Source: Selaginella moellendorffii | Lineage: Eukaryota > Plantae > Lycopodiophyta | NCBI RefSeq assembly: GCF_000143415.4 | Contig: NW_003314377.1 | Span: 375,285-439,284, forward strand | Direction of reading: 5' to 3' | Length of the DNA: 64,000 nucleotides | Shown here: in pieces, positions 50,672 through 62,700 of the stretch | Layout of the letters: every line of letters begins with the position of its first letter | How positions within the stretch are numbered: position 1 is the first letter of the stretch | Notes under the pieces: generated by a model | What the model saw: the letters and a program-made list of their open reading frames with translations, nothing else | The model's database searches: none | Told to the model about the DNA's origin: nothing | Program-made: the position numbers and the translations under genes

Positions 50672-53600
50672 ATGGTAAGTCTTTTAGGCCAAGTAGAAAA
50701 TGGCATGAGGCCACATGCCATTCAGTAGCAACATTGGCATGCACCGATTGGGCTCTCGAGTGCAGTCCGGTTACAGATGGCGTGTAGCCTCACGCCATCT
50801 TAGGATGCAGCCTCAAGACATCTGATGCAGTGGTGAATGGCGTGTGGCCTCACGTTATTTTCAGTTGCTAGCTTTTCATCTGTCAGCTCTAATTGTTGTG
50901 CATTTCTGAACAGGCGAGGAATTGCGTTCTTCTTCCAGCCACTGTCAATGTGGATGCAGAGAAGGAGGAGGAGCTCACCAGTTGGACTTTCGGGATGGAA
51001 GGCGAGGATCTGATTCTATACAACACAGATGATGGGAGAAAAGAATGCATGGGGATCCTCATCCAAGTGATAGACACTCCATGCAGTTCCATGCAAGAAT
51101 ATGGACTGGCACTTGTGGTAGAGACAGCGTCCGCCTTCAAGATCCACCTTGCACATCCTAGCGGCTTCCCGGAGGGGGGCAGCGGCTATGAGAAATTCCT
51201 AGAGGGAGCTAGGGAGAGGTTGTCCAGGAGGCCCACAATTTCAAAGACGCTGCGGGTCTATGAAGATCACATGGAATCCATGGACCTCACCTACAGCAAT
51301 GTTCAAAAACTATATTCCAACATTGAGCCGTTGAGAGTGCCTCCAGTTTGCGAAGCGAAGGGGAAGGGGGTCGATTTGGAAACTACCCCGAAGCAGAAAA
51401 GGGTGGTCAAGCTCAAGCCGACGTCTGACTCTGCTGCTCCAAAAAAGAAGCTACTCGGTGATGCCATTGCCTCGGGTTCGAACACTACACCCACCAAAAA
51501 GAAGAGCCGCAAAGAGCAGAAAGAGCAAGAAGAGGCAGCAAAAATCGTCGCAAATAATAGTACTTGTTACTATTCCAACAAAGTATATACAATCGACGTG
51601 AGCCGTATCCAGATCCAAAGCAAATACAACCACAGGCTAGTATCTGATGAGTGGGTGGAGAAACTGAAGCAGAAGATGCTGGCAAGTCCAGTAACACCCG
51701 ACATCGCAGACGTGATACCCTACTACCGAACAATGAAGGGTGAGATGAGGTTTCCAGACTTGATCAATAGGAAGGTGTTGGACGATCAGAACATCCGGTT
51801 CTATGCCGTCTCCGGGCAGCATTCTAGCTTGGCGATGCAACAGATAGTTGTGGATATTATGGTGGGCGAGGAGGTGAAGAAAGTCTTCAAGACAAGAGTT
51901 GTCCGCCTGATAAAAGGCAACTCGCCCCTCCAATCTATCATATACATCTCCCACGCGCAGAATGTCAAGCAAGAAACGTGCTACAAATCAGGTCTGCACG
52001 AGACATTGGCACGAACACGGAAGCTCTGGGTTCAACTGAAGAAGCCACAAAAACCAGGACAAGGACGTGCACTAGCAACTAGCGCCTAGCAGGTAAGCCT
52101 CGTTGCATGTGGCATAGCATGTGGCCTCACGCCATTTCCATTGCAGGAATTCTCGAGTCTTCTCTCGAAAACACTAGGGGTCAATGACACACTCAGCATC
52201 CATAACATTCTACTCGCGACAAAAGTTGTTTTTGACAAATGGGTAGATGTGCTGAGGAGGTACCATGACGGGGAGTTGCTAAACTCAATGGGTGTGGAGG
52301 ACGGCCGGAAGCCCAATGATTTGAAGCTCAAGGCCTTGCGTTTCTCGCGGTCTCTAGACGACGACAACCTTCTGACAGTGGCTAATGCTCTTCTACGTGG
52401 TGAGGTAGTCTTCAACAAGACCAAAATGACTCCCGGCCATATTGTGACATACGAGGACTTGTGCACGACTCTGAGAGCTCGTGCGCTATTGAAGGATTGG
52501 ATCTTCGAGCAAGTGGCCGTGGAGAGGGTGAGCATCGACACCACGCAAGAGATGATGGAAGAGCTGGAGTTGTCAAATGAAGACATCGACGACTACGTGA
52601 AGGGGGCCCCCAAGTTCATCAATCTGCTGCGGGATGCCACGAAAAGTAAAGCTGAGAAGTTGGATCAGTATCCAAATTTCATTAAGAGGGATGTCGACCG
52701 CCGGCTTCAGAAACAGCTCGACCCCGCAGCAGAGGCCTATCGAGAACCTTACCGGGTATACGTGAATTCGGATGAGGATCAAAGGTGGAGGAGCATCGTT
52801 TCCCGCGGAGATGAGCAGGTCAAGAACATCTTTTGTGTGATGGACTTCACAAACGAGGAGATCACTCATGCAGATGAAGTCAGCTCCATCATTGACTTAA
52901 TGGTGGGACTTGCGGAGGTGGAATCTTCAGTCCACTATATGATCTACGACTTCGAATCCTATCACAAGTTCTAGAAGGCCTTGAACAAGGTGAAGGCTCG
53001 GTTGAAAGGCAAGGAGATGCGGGAGATCCATGGGATAATGGCTAAGAAGAAGATACTGACGAATGTCCGCATCTTCACACTCGCCCTTGTTATTGGTCCT
53101 GCAGCAGAGTGGGACTGGAGTGACTTCCCAGCTTCGTTCAACAAGGCTGATTGAATTGATCTGAGGGAGGTCAATTTACCCGTGCCTGAGGAACTGAAGA
53201 CGGCTATGGAGCTTTCGAATCCAAAGAAAGCTCCAGGTGCAGCATGGGAAATGCTCAGCTGGGTCTTCAAAGCAATAGCGGGTGACTCCAAGGGCAAATG
53301 CATTGTCGAGTACAACTGCGGCGGATTATTCTTTCGAGCCGCACTACTCAAGGGTGTCCTGTGTGTTGCGGTGACAAACTCCATTGAAGAGGTGACTTCA
53401 ATGGAGCATATAATTACAGTTGCCAAAGAAAAACAGTATCTTCTCTACGAACCAGGTGAGTACGCACTTTAAGTTTAAATGTTATCTCACAAGCTCTGTA
53501 TGCAGGAGCGTGGCCACCCCCAGATGCTGAAACGGCGTTAACAGCTACTGATGTTAGGCCGAGCTCACAACCTGCACAAGGTAAGGTCACGTGAGGCCTC

Positions 53601-54560
53601 ACGCCATTTTGATTATAGATCGTTGTGAATATTCAGACACGAGGACTGAAAAGCGCACTGGTGGCGCGTCGAAGAAGGACAAACAGACAAGCAATAGGAA
53701 AAAAGGAGGTACAAATTATATTTGCAATGGCGTGTGGTCTCATGCCATTCCTTGCAGGAGACACTTCTTCAAAGGCAAAACAGGCAAGCACCAGCCAAGC
53801 TCAAACTGACAGTGGTCATAAAAAGCGAAAGCACGTTGGACAGTCGTCGGGATCAGAGGCGTTTGATTCGAAAAGGAAGAAGGGCAACGAAAAGATGATA
53901 GGTAATGCCTCGCGGTTATGGCGTGTGTGCTCATGCCATTCATTGCAGATCAAGGGCTGAGTGAAAGGAGCCAGTCACCACCTTCTGACTCAGATTCCTA
54001 TGGCGGACTCCCCTTCCCCAATCTCAATGGAGAGGTACAATGGATGAGGGATGCTTTTCAAGTTAGGGCCACATTTTTCTCATCTCATCGTCTTCGAAGG
54101 GTGCAAGAACGTGCAGAAACCATGTTAAGACAGTCGGGTGAGGATACGGTCCTAGGTCAAGCACTAAAACAGGCTATGGATGTCTTGTATTTTGAGATGG
54201 AGACTCGGCCAGATGATTTTCCCAAGATGGTCCTGGAAAAACAAGCCATCCAGCCTGAGCAGCATATGGAAGAAATGCAGGAGGGGGATGAGGAGCCAGA
54301 GAAAGATAATGAGCAGGAAGAGCAGAAGGACAAAGAGGAGGACAAAGAAGAGGAGGACGAAGAAGAGGAGGACGAAGAGGACTTGGATGGTCCTCACAAT
54401 GGTGACGATCACAATAACGACGATGACGATGATGACGACGATGGCCAGCCTGAGGTGGCCAAAGAGCAGCGGAGGAAGGTCATACAAGACAAACCATCAG
54501 GTAAATAATAGTACATCCATTCCTAACCTTTTACCATTTCTAACATTGTCCATGTAGGTC
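50672..54560 (+). pseudogene. Multi-exon transposon cargo gene: ParB/Srx-like domain, degenerate methyltransferase-like segment, acidic tail
   Basis: ATG|gtaagt at 50672 spliced to 50914; IDVSRIQI..YNHRLVSDEWVEKLKQKM...FYAVSGQHSSLAM; PKKAPG..EMLSWVFKAIAGDSKGKCIVEYNCGG.FFRAALLKG..CVAV; short GT-AG introns at 52093-52146, ~53456, ~53582, ~53709, ~53902; single premature stops at ~52087, ~52972, ~53151. Confidence 0.6.
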
Positions 54561-54775
54561 GCAGAAGAAATGGTAAGTAGAGATAGTTGAATTAAGATAC
54601 AAACTCTAGCCTTTAGTGTCGAGGAAGGATAGTGCCAAGCAAGGGTCGAAACGTATGTCCAATCCTTCAGAATCAGCAGTGCGCCCAAGTGATATCGGTC
54701 CTAGTTCCTTAATAGCAGTTGATGGTAAATACAGTATAGTCGATTCAATGTGCTAATGAGTTTGTTTTTAGTAGC

Positions 54776-56260
54776 CAGTAGGGAGGATACCATCTCAATC
54801 GAAAGGAGATATTTGGACATGCATATGGATCCGCCAGTGGACTCTACTTGCCTGCAAGAGTCATCAGAGCTGGTGGAGGCTACTATCCATATCAACGCCA
54901 AGCAAGTTGACCACGCTCCACTTGATGCTGCCCATACCACTGAGTCAATCTTGTCCACGTATCCAACTGACGGTGACCAGGCGCCATTGGACCCGCATGA
55001 GGCCGCCCCAGCTGCCGAGCCGGTCGTATCCTCATTTCCAACGTGTGCCCAATCGTCTGACTACGCGCCGTTGGAACCTCCCTACACCGCCCCTGCTGCC
55101 TGTTCGGTCATGTCCACTATGCCAACGGAGGCACCAGCTGAAATGGCGTGTGATCACACGCCATCGGAACCACCCCATGCCACTGTTGAGCCAATTGTAC
55201 CAGAGTCTACAGCTGAAATGGCATGTGCCCACACGCCATCGGATGCGATTGACCCCACATTGCAGAGGAGAGTATTTCCGCCCTTCACATTTCCTCGACC
55301 AAAACCCTCTGAACGACCATCGGGAGCACCATTCGCTAATATTGTAGATGGTAAAATTGACTTGTACCATTTTTTATGCTGACGCATTTCATTTCAGAGT
55401 CACGGCGAAAGTACTGTATCGTTTTTGATCTGAACGGTGTCCTTTTCTCCCATGAGCGTGGCTCGTCCTCGAATGTCACTGCACCCTCCAAAGCCTGCGG
55501 TCGCAAGTTGGTCAAAAGAGACAGATTCACATTAATCACAGGGGAGAAACTGCGGGATCTAATAATGACCATGCGATACTTAAAACAGAGGGCTGGGTTC
55601 AATTTGCAATTGGGAGTTTGGACATCCATGATGCGCCACAATGCATTAACGTTGCTACAGATGATGCACGATTAGACGCGAGTAATATTACCATTTGACT
55701 TTCTCCTAACACAGGAGGATTGCTTGACTATGGTCTATGTGAGGGGTAGCAAGCCCATCTTTGTCAAGCTAGAGGCTGTAGTGATGAACCGGACTGCTAG
55801 GTCAAGTGAAATCCTCATCATCGATGACTCGCCGATTAAAACTACAGTGAACACGCACACATATGCAGTGCACCCCATCTCTTGCAGTATGGAAACTAGG
55901 GAGAAGAAACCATATGTTCTGGGGGACCTTGCAAAACGGCTTGAAGCGATGGTGATAGAGAACCGGCCAGTCCAGGAGGTGGCTGCAGAAATCAACCAAA
56001 TGGCAGATGGAACGGTATATCAGAAGCCATTTGATCGGACAAACACCAGTCATCATTTATGGCATGTATATTGTTTAGCTAAGCACTATCCGCATCTCCA
56101 TAATCTGCTCAACCGGATGGGTTCTTCGACCACTGAACATGAGCGTGGACGTATTAGAGAAGAGATGGCATTACTATTGGGTTTAAATCCTGATAGTGTG
56201 GAGAGTGATGAAATTCCAAGATTATTGTATAGGCGTTGGAGGCAAAAAATAACAGTCTGA
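54776..56260 (+). pseudogene. FCP1/NIF-like HAD phosphatase domain preceded by a Pro/Ala-rich region (possibly the 3' part of the upstream gene)
   Basis: IVFDLNGVL (motif I variant), GVWTS, KPIFVKL, ILIIDDSPIK; ORFs 55376-55675 and 55724-56260 are in the same frame, separated by one TAG. Confidence 0.7.
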
Positions 56261-56700
56261 GATGGCATGTATTTATTTAAAAATGTAACTTATTATGGCA
56301 TGGGGTTCCATGCCATTGTATTAATATTAAAAGACAATTCTTTGAGAGGATTTGCATTATACTAGAAGTGTTACAGCATGTTATTGGAAGTCTACGAAGT
56401 TGTTTTATTAATAAGGGGAAAGTAAAGATTGAATGGGGACTTGGGCTCCACCGAGACTCGGAGCAACTGAGCCAATATTAAAAGGATGGAAAGAAATTGG
56501 ACGACGATGACAAGGAGAAGAGAGAGGTGAAGCAGTGGCAGGGGGAGGAGAAGTGATTGAGTAGACATTTCCTTGTTTAAAATAAAATGGCATGTGCCTC
56601 AATGCAGTTGAATTTTGTTATATTTATATACTATATAAAGGTTTGGAAACCTTATTTTACAAGTGGGATAACGACAATTCCCACTTTAACGAAATAGAGC

Positions 56701-59700
56701 TTGTGGGGGTTGGAGCCCAGTGGAGCCAGTTTGGCCAGGAAAGGCCAGTTGGGCCCAGGAAAGGCCAGTTTGGTCCGAGAAGACCATACCCAGTGTTGGG
56801 TGATGAACTGACCACTAGGAGGTCCAAGACTAGAGTGAATACGGACTGACAAGTGGGGTAGCTTGGTGAAGTGTTCAAGAGCCGGCTCTAGTTCCCCGGG
56901 GAGATCGAATGGTCAATGCTCCCAGTCCAAGTATGGGTGGCACTACTTACTTGGATACCAGACGTGGCTCAATGGAACCTCGCTCTAAGCCCATGGCTAG
57001 AACACCCAAAGGCGGAAGGCGGGGAGAGTACCCATGAGGCCCACGTAGGGCCACGGTGTTCCGAAATTGTGTCCCAAAGTCCCAGATTGTGGAAAGGAAG
57101 AGGAGTAGCCCTCTGGTGTAGTGACCAAGGACACAGTCACACGGTGAGGAAGTCCTAGAGGATAGTGGGACTTAGTGGTCGGGCCGGTGGGCCTTGATCC
57201 AGTGGTGGTGTTGGCGAACACAACCAAGGACAGAAAGGGACTTGGTGAGGACCGTAACGGAGATATTGGGGAAAGCTATTCCCCATGTCTGTAGGCATCT
57301 TAAGGATGTTAAGGAGTGGATCTGGGATGATCACTCATGGACGGATGACCCAGTCTTTGAGAGACGGGATTGGAATGCAGATGGAGTTAGACCACCGATG
57401 TGACTAAGGTAAATGGGTATGGCCTTAGCGTAACGGGACGATACGTCAGTGGTACCTTAGGGTGTTGATCATGGGATCGGACACGTGGAGCACCTGGACC
57501 AAGTGCTAAGGTTGAGTGGCATAGATGCCATTCTCGGGGCTAGCAAGCCCCAAGTCCTGAATGGGACTTATGGAGGTTGTGAATGAGACTCCTCCAAGTG
57601 GTCGAATGTGGGGTTAAATGACTAAAGTAGAAGGGAAAAATTAATCACTTACAACTTGGTATCGGAGCTATTCCTTAGTCTGACTTTTATTGGTGCTCAA
57701 GTATATCACCACTAGTGTTGGCATCGGAAGGTCCGAGGAATGGGCCTATCCTTGAGGAGTAGCAAGTCGGGAAGATATGGCTCTCCATTACAGTTCATAT
57801 GTGAACTTGTAGACGATGTGGTGGATAGAAAAGGGTCAATAATGGAACGACTTTGGGATCTTGGGAACAGTGCAAGGTTTTCCTCATTGAGTTGAGGATG
57901 TGATCCGGATGAGCATTTGGCTCAGCAAATTGGCTAAGGTAGTTGTGGCAAACAACTATAGTTGGGATCACGGGAAAGATAGAGACTCCCTAACAATAAA
58001 GGAGTCACAAGATTATCCTCACATAGTTGAGGCTGGTGCTCATGAAGGTGAGACTGGAATGGATGACCGTGAGAGGTCTGTAAGCGACTAATTTTTCCAT
58101 TTTACCTTAGTCACTTAACCACACCTCCGACCACTTGGAGGAGTCTCATTCACAACCTCCATAAGTCCAACTCAGGACTTGGGGCTTGCTAGCCCCGAGA
58201 ATGGCATCCATGCCACTCAACCTTAGCACTTGGTCCAGGTGCTCCACGTGTCCGATCCCATGATCGACACCCCAAGGTACCACCGACGTATCGGCCCGTT
58301 ACGCTAAGGCCATGCCCAATTACCTTGGTCACACTGGTGGTCCAACACCACCTGCATTCCAATCCCATCTCTCAAAGACTGGGTCATCCGTCCATGAGAG
58401 ATCATCCTAGATCCTCTCCTTAACATCCTTAGGATGCCTACAGACATGGGGAATAGCCTTCCCCAATATCTCGGTTCCAGTCCCTACCAAGTCCCTTTCT
58501 GTCCCTGGCTGTGTTCGCCAACATTGCCACTGGATCAAGGCCCACTGGCCCGACCACTAAGTCCCACTATCCTCTAGGACTTCCTCACTGTTTGACTGTG
58601 TCCTTGGTCACCACACCAGAGGGCTGCCCCTCTTCCTTTCCACAGTCTGGGACTTTGGGACACCATTTCGGAACACCGTGGCCCTACGCGGGCCTCATGG
58701 GTACTCTCCCCGCCTTCCGCCTTTAGGTGCTCTAGCCAGGGGCTTAGAGCGAGGTTCCGTTGAGCCACGACAGGTATCCAAGTAGGTAGTGCCACCCACA
58801 CTTGGATTGGGAGCATCGGCCAGTCGATCTCCCGGGGGAACTAGAGCCGGCTCTCGAACACTTCACCAAGCTACCCCGCTTGTCGGTCCGTATTCACTCT
58901 AGTCTTGGACTTCCCAGTGGTCAGTTCATCACCCAACACTGGGTATGACCTTCCTGGACCAAACTGGTCCTTCCTGGGCCAAACTGGCCCTTCCTGGCCA
59001 AACTGGCTCCACTGGGCTCCAACCCCCACACTCTCCTTACTATACTTTTGGAACCCCCCGCAGCCCCCCCCTGGGGGACGATCGCTTTGGGCTTTCACCC
59101 AACTACCTGTATTAGTATTCGGACTCGGACTCGGGCTCGAACTCGGACTCGGACTCAGTCTCGGTCCCGGTTTCGGACTCGGACTCGGTCTCGGTCTCGG
59201 TCCCGGTTTCGGTTCCATCTCGGACTCCATCTCAGGTCCATCTCGGACTCCATCTCGGGTCCATCTCGGACTCCATCTCGGGTCCATCTCGGACTCCATC
59301 TCGGACTCCATCTCGGGTCCATCTCGGACTCCATCTCGGACTCCATCTCAGACTCCATCTCGGACTCCATATCGGACTCCATCTCGGACTCCATCTCGGA
59401 CTCCATCTCGGACTCCATATCGGACTCCACTTCGGGTCCATCTCGGACTCCATATCGGACTCCATCTCGGACACTTCCGCATGTCATGTTTTGGTCCTTC
59501 TTGGGTCCCTTTTTGGAGCCTCGCCTATGGCTCACTTTGTGCTCATTCCTCGAACACTTCCTTGGGAGTTCCACTCCCGCTTTTGACTTTTCAAGTTGGA
59601 GCTTTTGGTCCAAACGTGTTACGTTCGTTTGGCTCTCGCTTCGGCCACTACCACGTGGCGCCCTTCCGGCTCCACTTTGGGGCCTAGGGATTTTGTGTCT

Positions 59701-62700
59701 CACAAGGTCAAGTATAGGTGAGGACACGAGTCCTTGAAGTGGTGGCCAATGTTACCTTTATAAATGCTGGAACAAACCCAAGGAGTTAGGGGTGTGCTCA
59801 AAGGATAAGTCAGTATTCTCATCATATGGACAGGTAGTCCTAAGGGGCAAAGGTAGCCCACAGAGAACGGAAAATAATAAAGTGTTAGAGTGACACTTGC
59901 AAAGATGGTCCTTAGGAGTAGGACATGAATACACGAAGTTGTATTCCAATGTGCGGCACCTCAAAAATAGGACCTTATGGGTCATTGGATTAGTAAAGTC
60001 CGAAAATGCTAGATGACTCAAGTAGAGTCAAGGGATGATCCTAAAGGATTGGTAAAAGCATTTAGACTGAGGGGTGTGGTGCCCCATGAAGGATGGGGAG
60101 GATCTTAAGATCCAAGTATGAGAACAGTAGGTATCTCATTCATGGCAGAAGATGCCATGCTAAAGTCGTGGGAAAGGGTTTCCCAGAAGAAAACAACTTT
60201 GACACAAAGTTGTGCGTGGACTCTATAGTGCAATGCTAATGGATAATTGGCATAAGAGACAACCATATTAGTCTTGGCAAAAAGACTTAGACACAAGTAA
60301 GAAGTGTCATAAAGGTAGGGTCGTGGAGCCGATGGTGTGGAGACACCGAATGTGCCAAGGCGTGCTGCCTTGAGGTCAAGTTGGCAGGTTTATGAGAACC
60401 CCTTCCAAAGGAATCCCAATGGAAATGGATGGCATGCGGTTAAAGTGTCGTGACCCAAATAATGATGGAGGTGTGGAAGCACCAACAATGAGTTGTAGGA
60501 TTTGACGACTATGAGGCAACTAAGCAAAAGGTGCAAAATAATTGGTTAAATTGGTAGAAGGTAACTACCTAAAACCTTTTATTGGGATAAGAAAGTTAGA
60601 TATACCCTTATGAGGGAAAAACTGCTTATGTTGCAACATAGTAAGTCAATGTCGTAAAAGGAAATGCTCATTGTCACGGAGGCCATCATTGGGACATCTA
60701 AACACTCTAGAACACCAAGAGGTGGTGTTTAGTGTCGCGAGGGCAATAGATAAGGCCCAAGGGATAAAGTCCTTAGCGAATGATGGATAGGAGGTGTTAT
60801 CCAAACGTCCAAGGTTGTGGAGACAAGAAGAATCCGTCTACCCGATTTGGACAAAGCCAAAAATGGGATTTTGGCAAGGCTAATGATGGGCATATGGAGG
60901 CCCATAAGTAGCAACGGTAATCCCGGTGTGTGGGATTATAAGGTGAGCATGCCCAAATTGAGGAACCACTCCCTAAGCTATTGGGTAGGTTTATCCCTAT
61001 GAATATTTGTTAAGGTATGGTAGAATGTGCAAAGCTAGTCTCCTAGTCTGGAGGAGAATAACCAAAGGAAACATATGAGGCCAAAGGGCAAATAGTATTA
61101 GGATGGAACTAAATCATAGAAATCGAAGGGCATAACCAATGGTGGTTATGCAAGTTGGGAGTGGAGAATCAAAAGGGTGCTTGAGGATGTTGTTACTAGC
61201 AACTGCAATGCCATGAAAAGTTTAAAATGTGGAATTATAAATGTTAGACTATATGGCAATTGGAAAGCTTGCGAAAGTAGAGGCCTTAGCAAGCTAAAGG
61301 GACAGAGTTCCTTCGAAAGGTTCCCAAAGACAGTTCTAGGTAGCTGAATACCTAGAAAGCCAAGTGTAAATGGTTCATAGAACGCGCGAAATCAGAGTGG
61401 CGCAGCAGAAGCGTGGTCTTGAAGCTTGCCATGAGGCGAGGCTATCAAGATTGGGGAAGTAGTTCCCAAGTGTTCAAAGAGAAAAACAAAAGTCAATGAT
61501 TGAGGACTTTCACGCTTATGCACGAACCATGTTACAGTGGCCAGCTGACTTGCTAAGTGAGATTGGCAAGTCGAGGGGAAAAAATACCCTAGTTGAAGGT
61601 GCTAACTTAAAAAAGGGTGGCCCATGGGGCCAAGCATAGAGGAGTCCATGCATGATCACAGACATGTCAAGTGAGAGGACTTGGCAGTGTGGAGGAACTA
61701 GGTTCCTAAGCTGTGATCTGTAGCGCACTTTAAATATAAGTTGGTGCACCGGCGTGGGGAGTCACGCTAGGCATCCGGTGTGATGCCGTCCGTAGATGCA
61801 TATACGGAGGTTGGGTTCAAGTCCCGACCCTCTAGTGCTTGGGTTTGAGTCCCAACTCACTAGGGTGTGGTGATGGTTTGGAATATGAGGACACTCATAT
61901 TTCGATGGTCATGGACTCTCAGTGGGGAGACTGGTTTGGGCACACCGCCAAGCGAGGGATGCCTCAGAGTCGTGATGCACGGTTAGATTGCTTAGTGTGA
62001 AAGCTCGGCATATCTAACTTGGAAACTTTGGTGCAAGTGGCACCAAAGATGTGGTAAATGAGATGGGGACACCTAGTCTCAGTTGCTATAGACCCTTGGC
62101 CGGATAGGCTGGCTTGGGTGCACCGCCAAGTGTGGGGGATGACCCCGGGGCCATGGTCAACAACTTAAAGGTCTAGAAGACCTAGTACCTAATGGCAAAA
62201 CTGTTAAGGTGCCAAGGTTAGATCACTAGGTGATCTTATGGCCAAAACAAGGACAAGGTCTTTGTGAGGTTAAGGGATAAAGTTCCAAGTTCAAAGTGTT
62301 GATTAGAACTATTGATGATGGTGTGGCTTGGTCAAAGTGACTAAGTGAGAAGGACACCTTAGGGAAATGAGATATGTCAATGCAATGGCAAAGTGAGTCC
62401 GAGGAAAGTAGTCTCTATAGGAGACCCATGGGAGGGTCACAGAGTTGGGTTGTGGATAGAGCCTACAGCAGAAGATGCTAAAGAGATGTACTAGGGGTGA
62501 ACACCCTCCGGACTTGGCAAAGAAGAGTCTTTGCTACGGAACCGAAAGGATACCTCAAAAATGAAGGTAGTGATCCTATGTTGCTGAGTGAAACAATCAA
62601 GGATAGGAGCAAAAGACTAGTGGCTAAGAAAAGAGCCATGGGAATCAGGGGAAAGAATCCAAATGGCAAAGTTAGGCCGAGAACATTAAAGTGTTGGGTG

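Larger units (their letters stand above)
43568..56610. repeat. Dispersed 22-bp palindrome family ATGGCRTG-N6-CAYGCCAT (~30 copies including partial ones)
   Basis: Examples at ~43655, 44418, 45896, 45941, 47894, 47992, 49572, 49810, 50700, 50778, 50837, 53727, 53918, 55143, 55218, 56295; none noticed outside the TIRs. Confidence 0.9.
43026..56700. mobile_element. 13.7 kb TIR DNA transposon (Sola-like) with cargo genes
   Basis: Perfect 22-bp TIR GCTCTATTTCGTTAAAGTGGGA (43026-43047) / TCCCACTTTAACGAAATAGAGC (56679-56700); LTR-family sequence stops abruptly at both termini; divergent transposase and cargo genes; no TSD. Confidence 0.85.

Noticed and set aside
43568-56610. 22-bp palindromes as CRISPR repeats
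   Set aside because: Irregular spacing from tens of bases to kilobases, located in introns and exons
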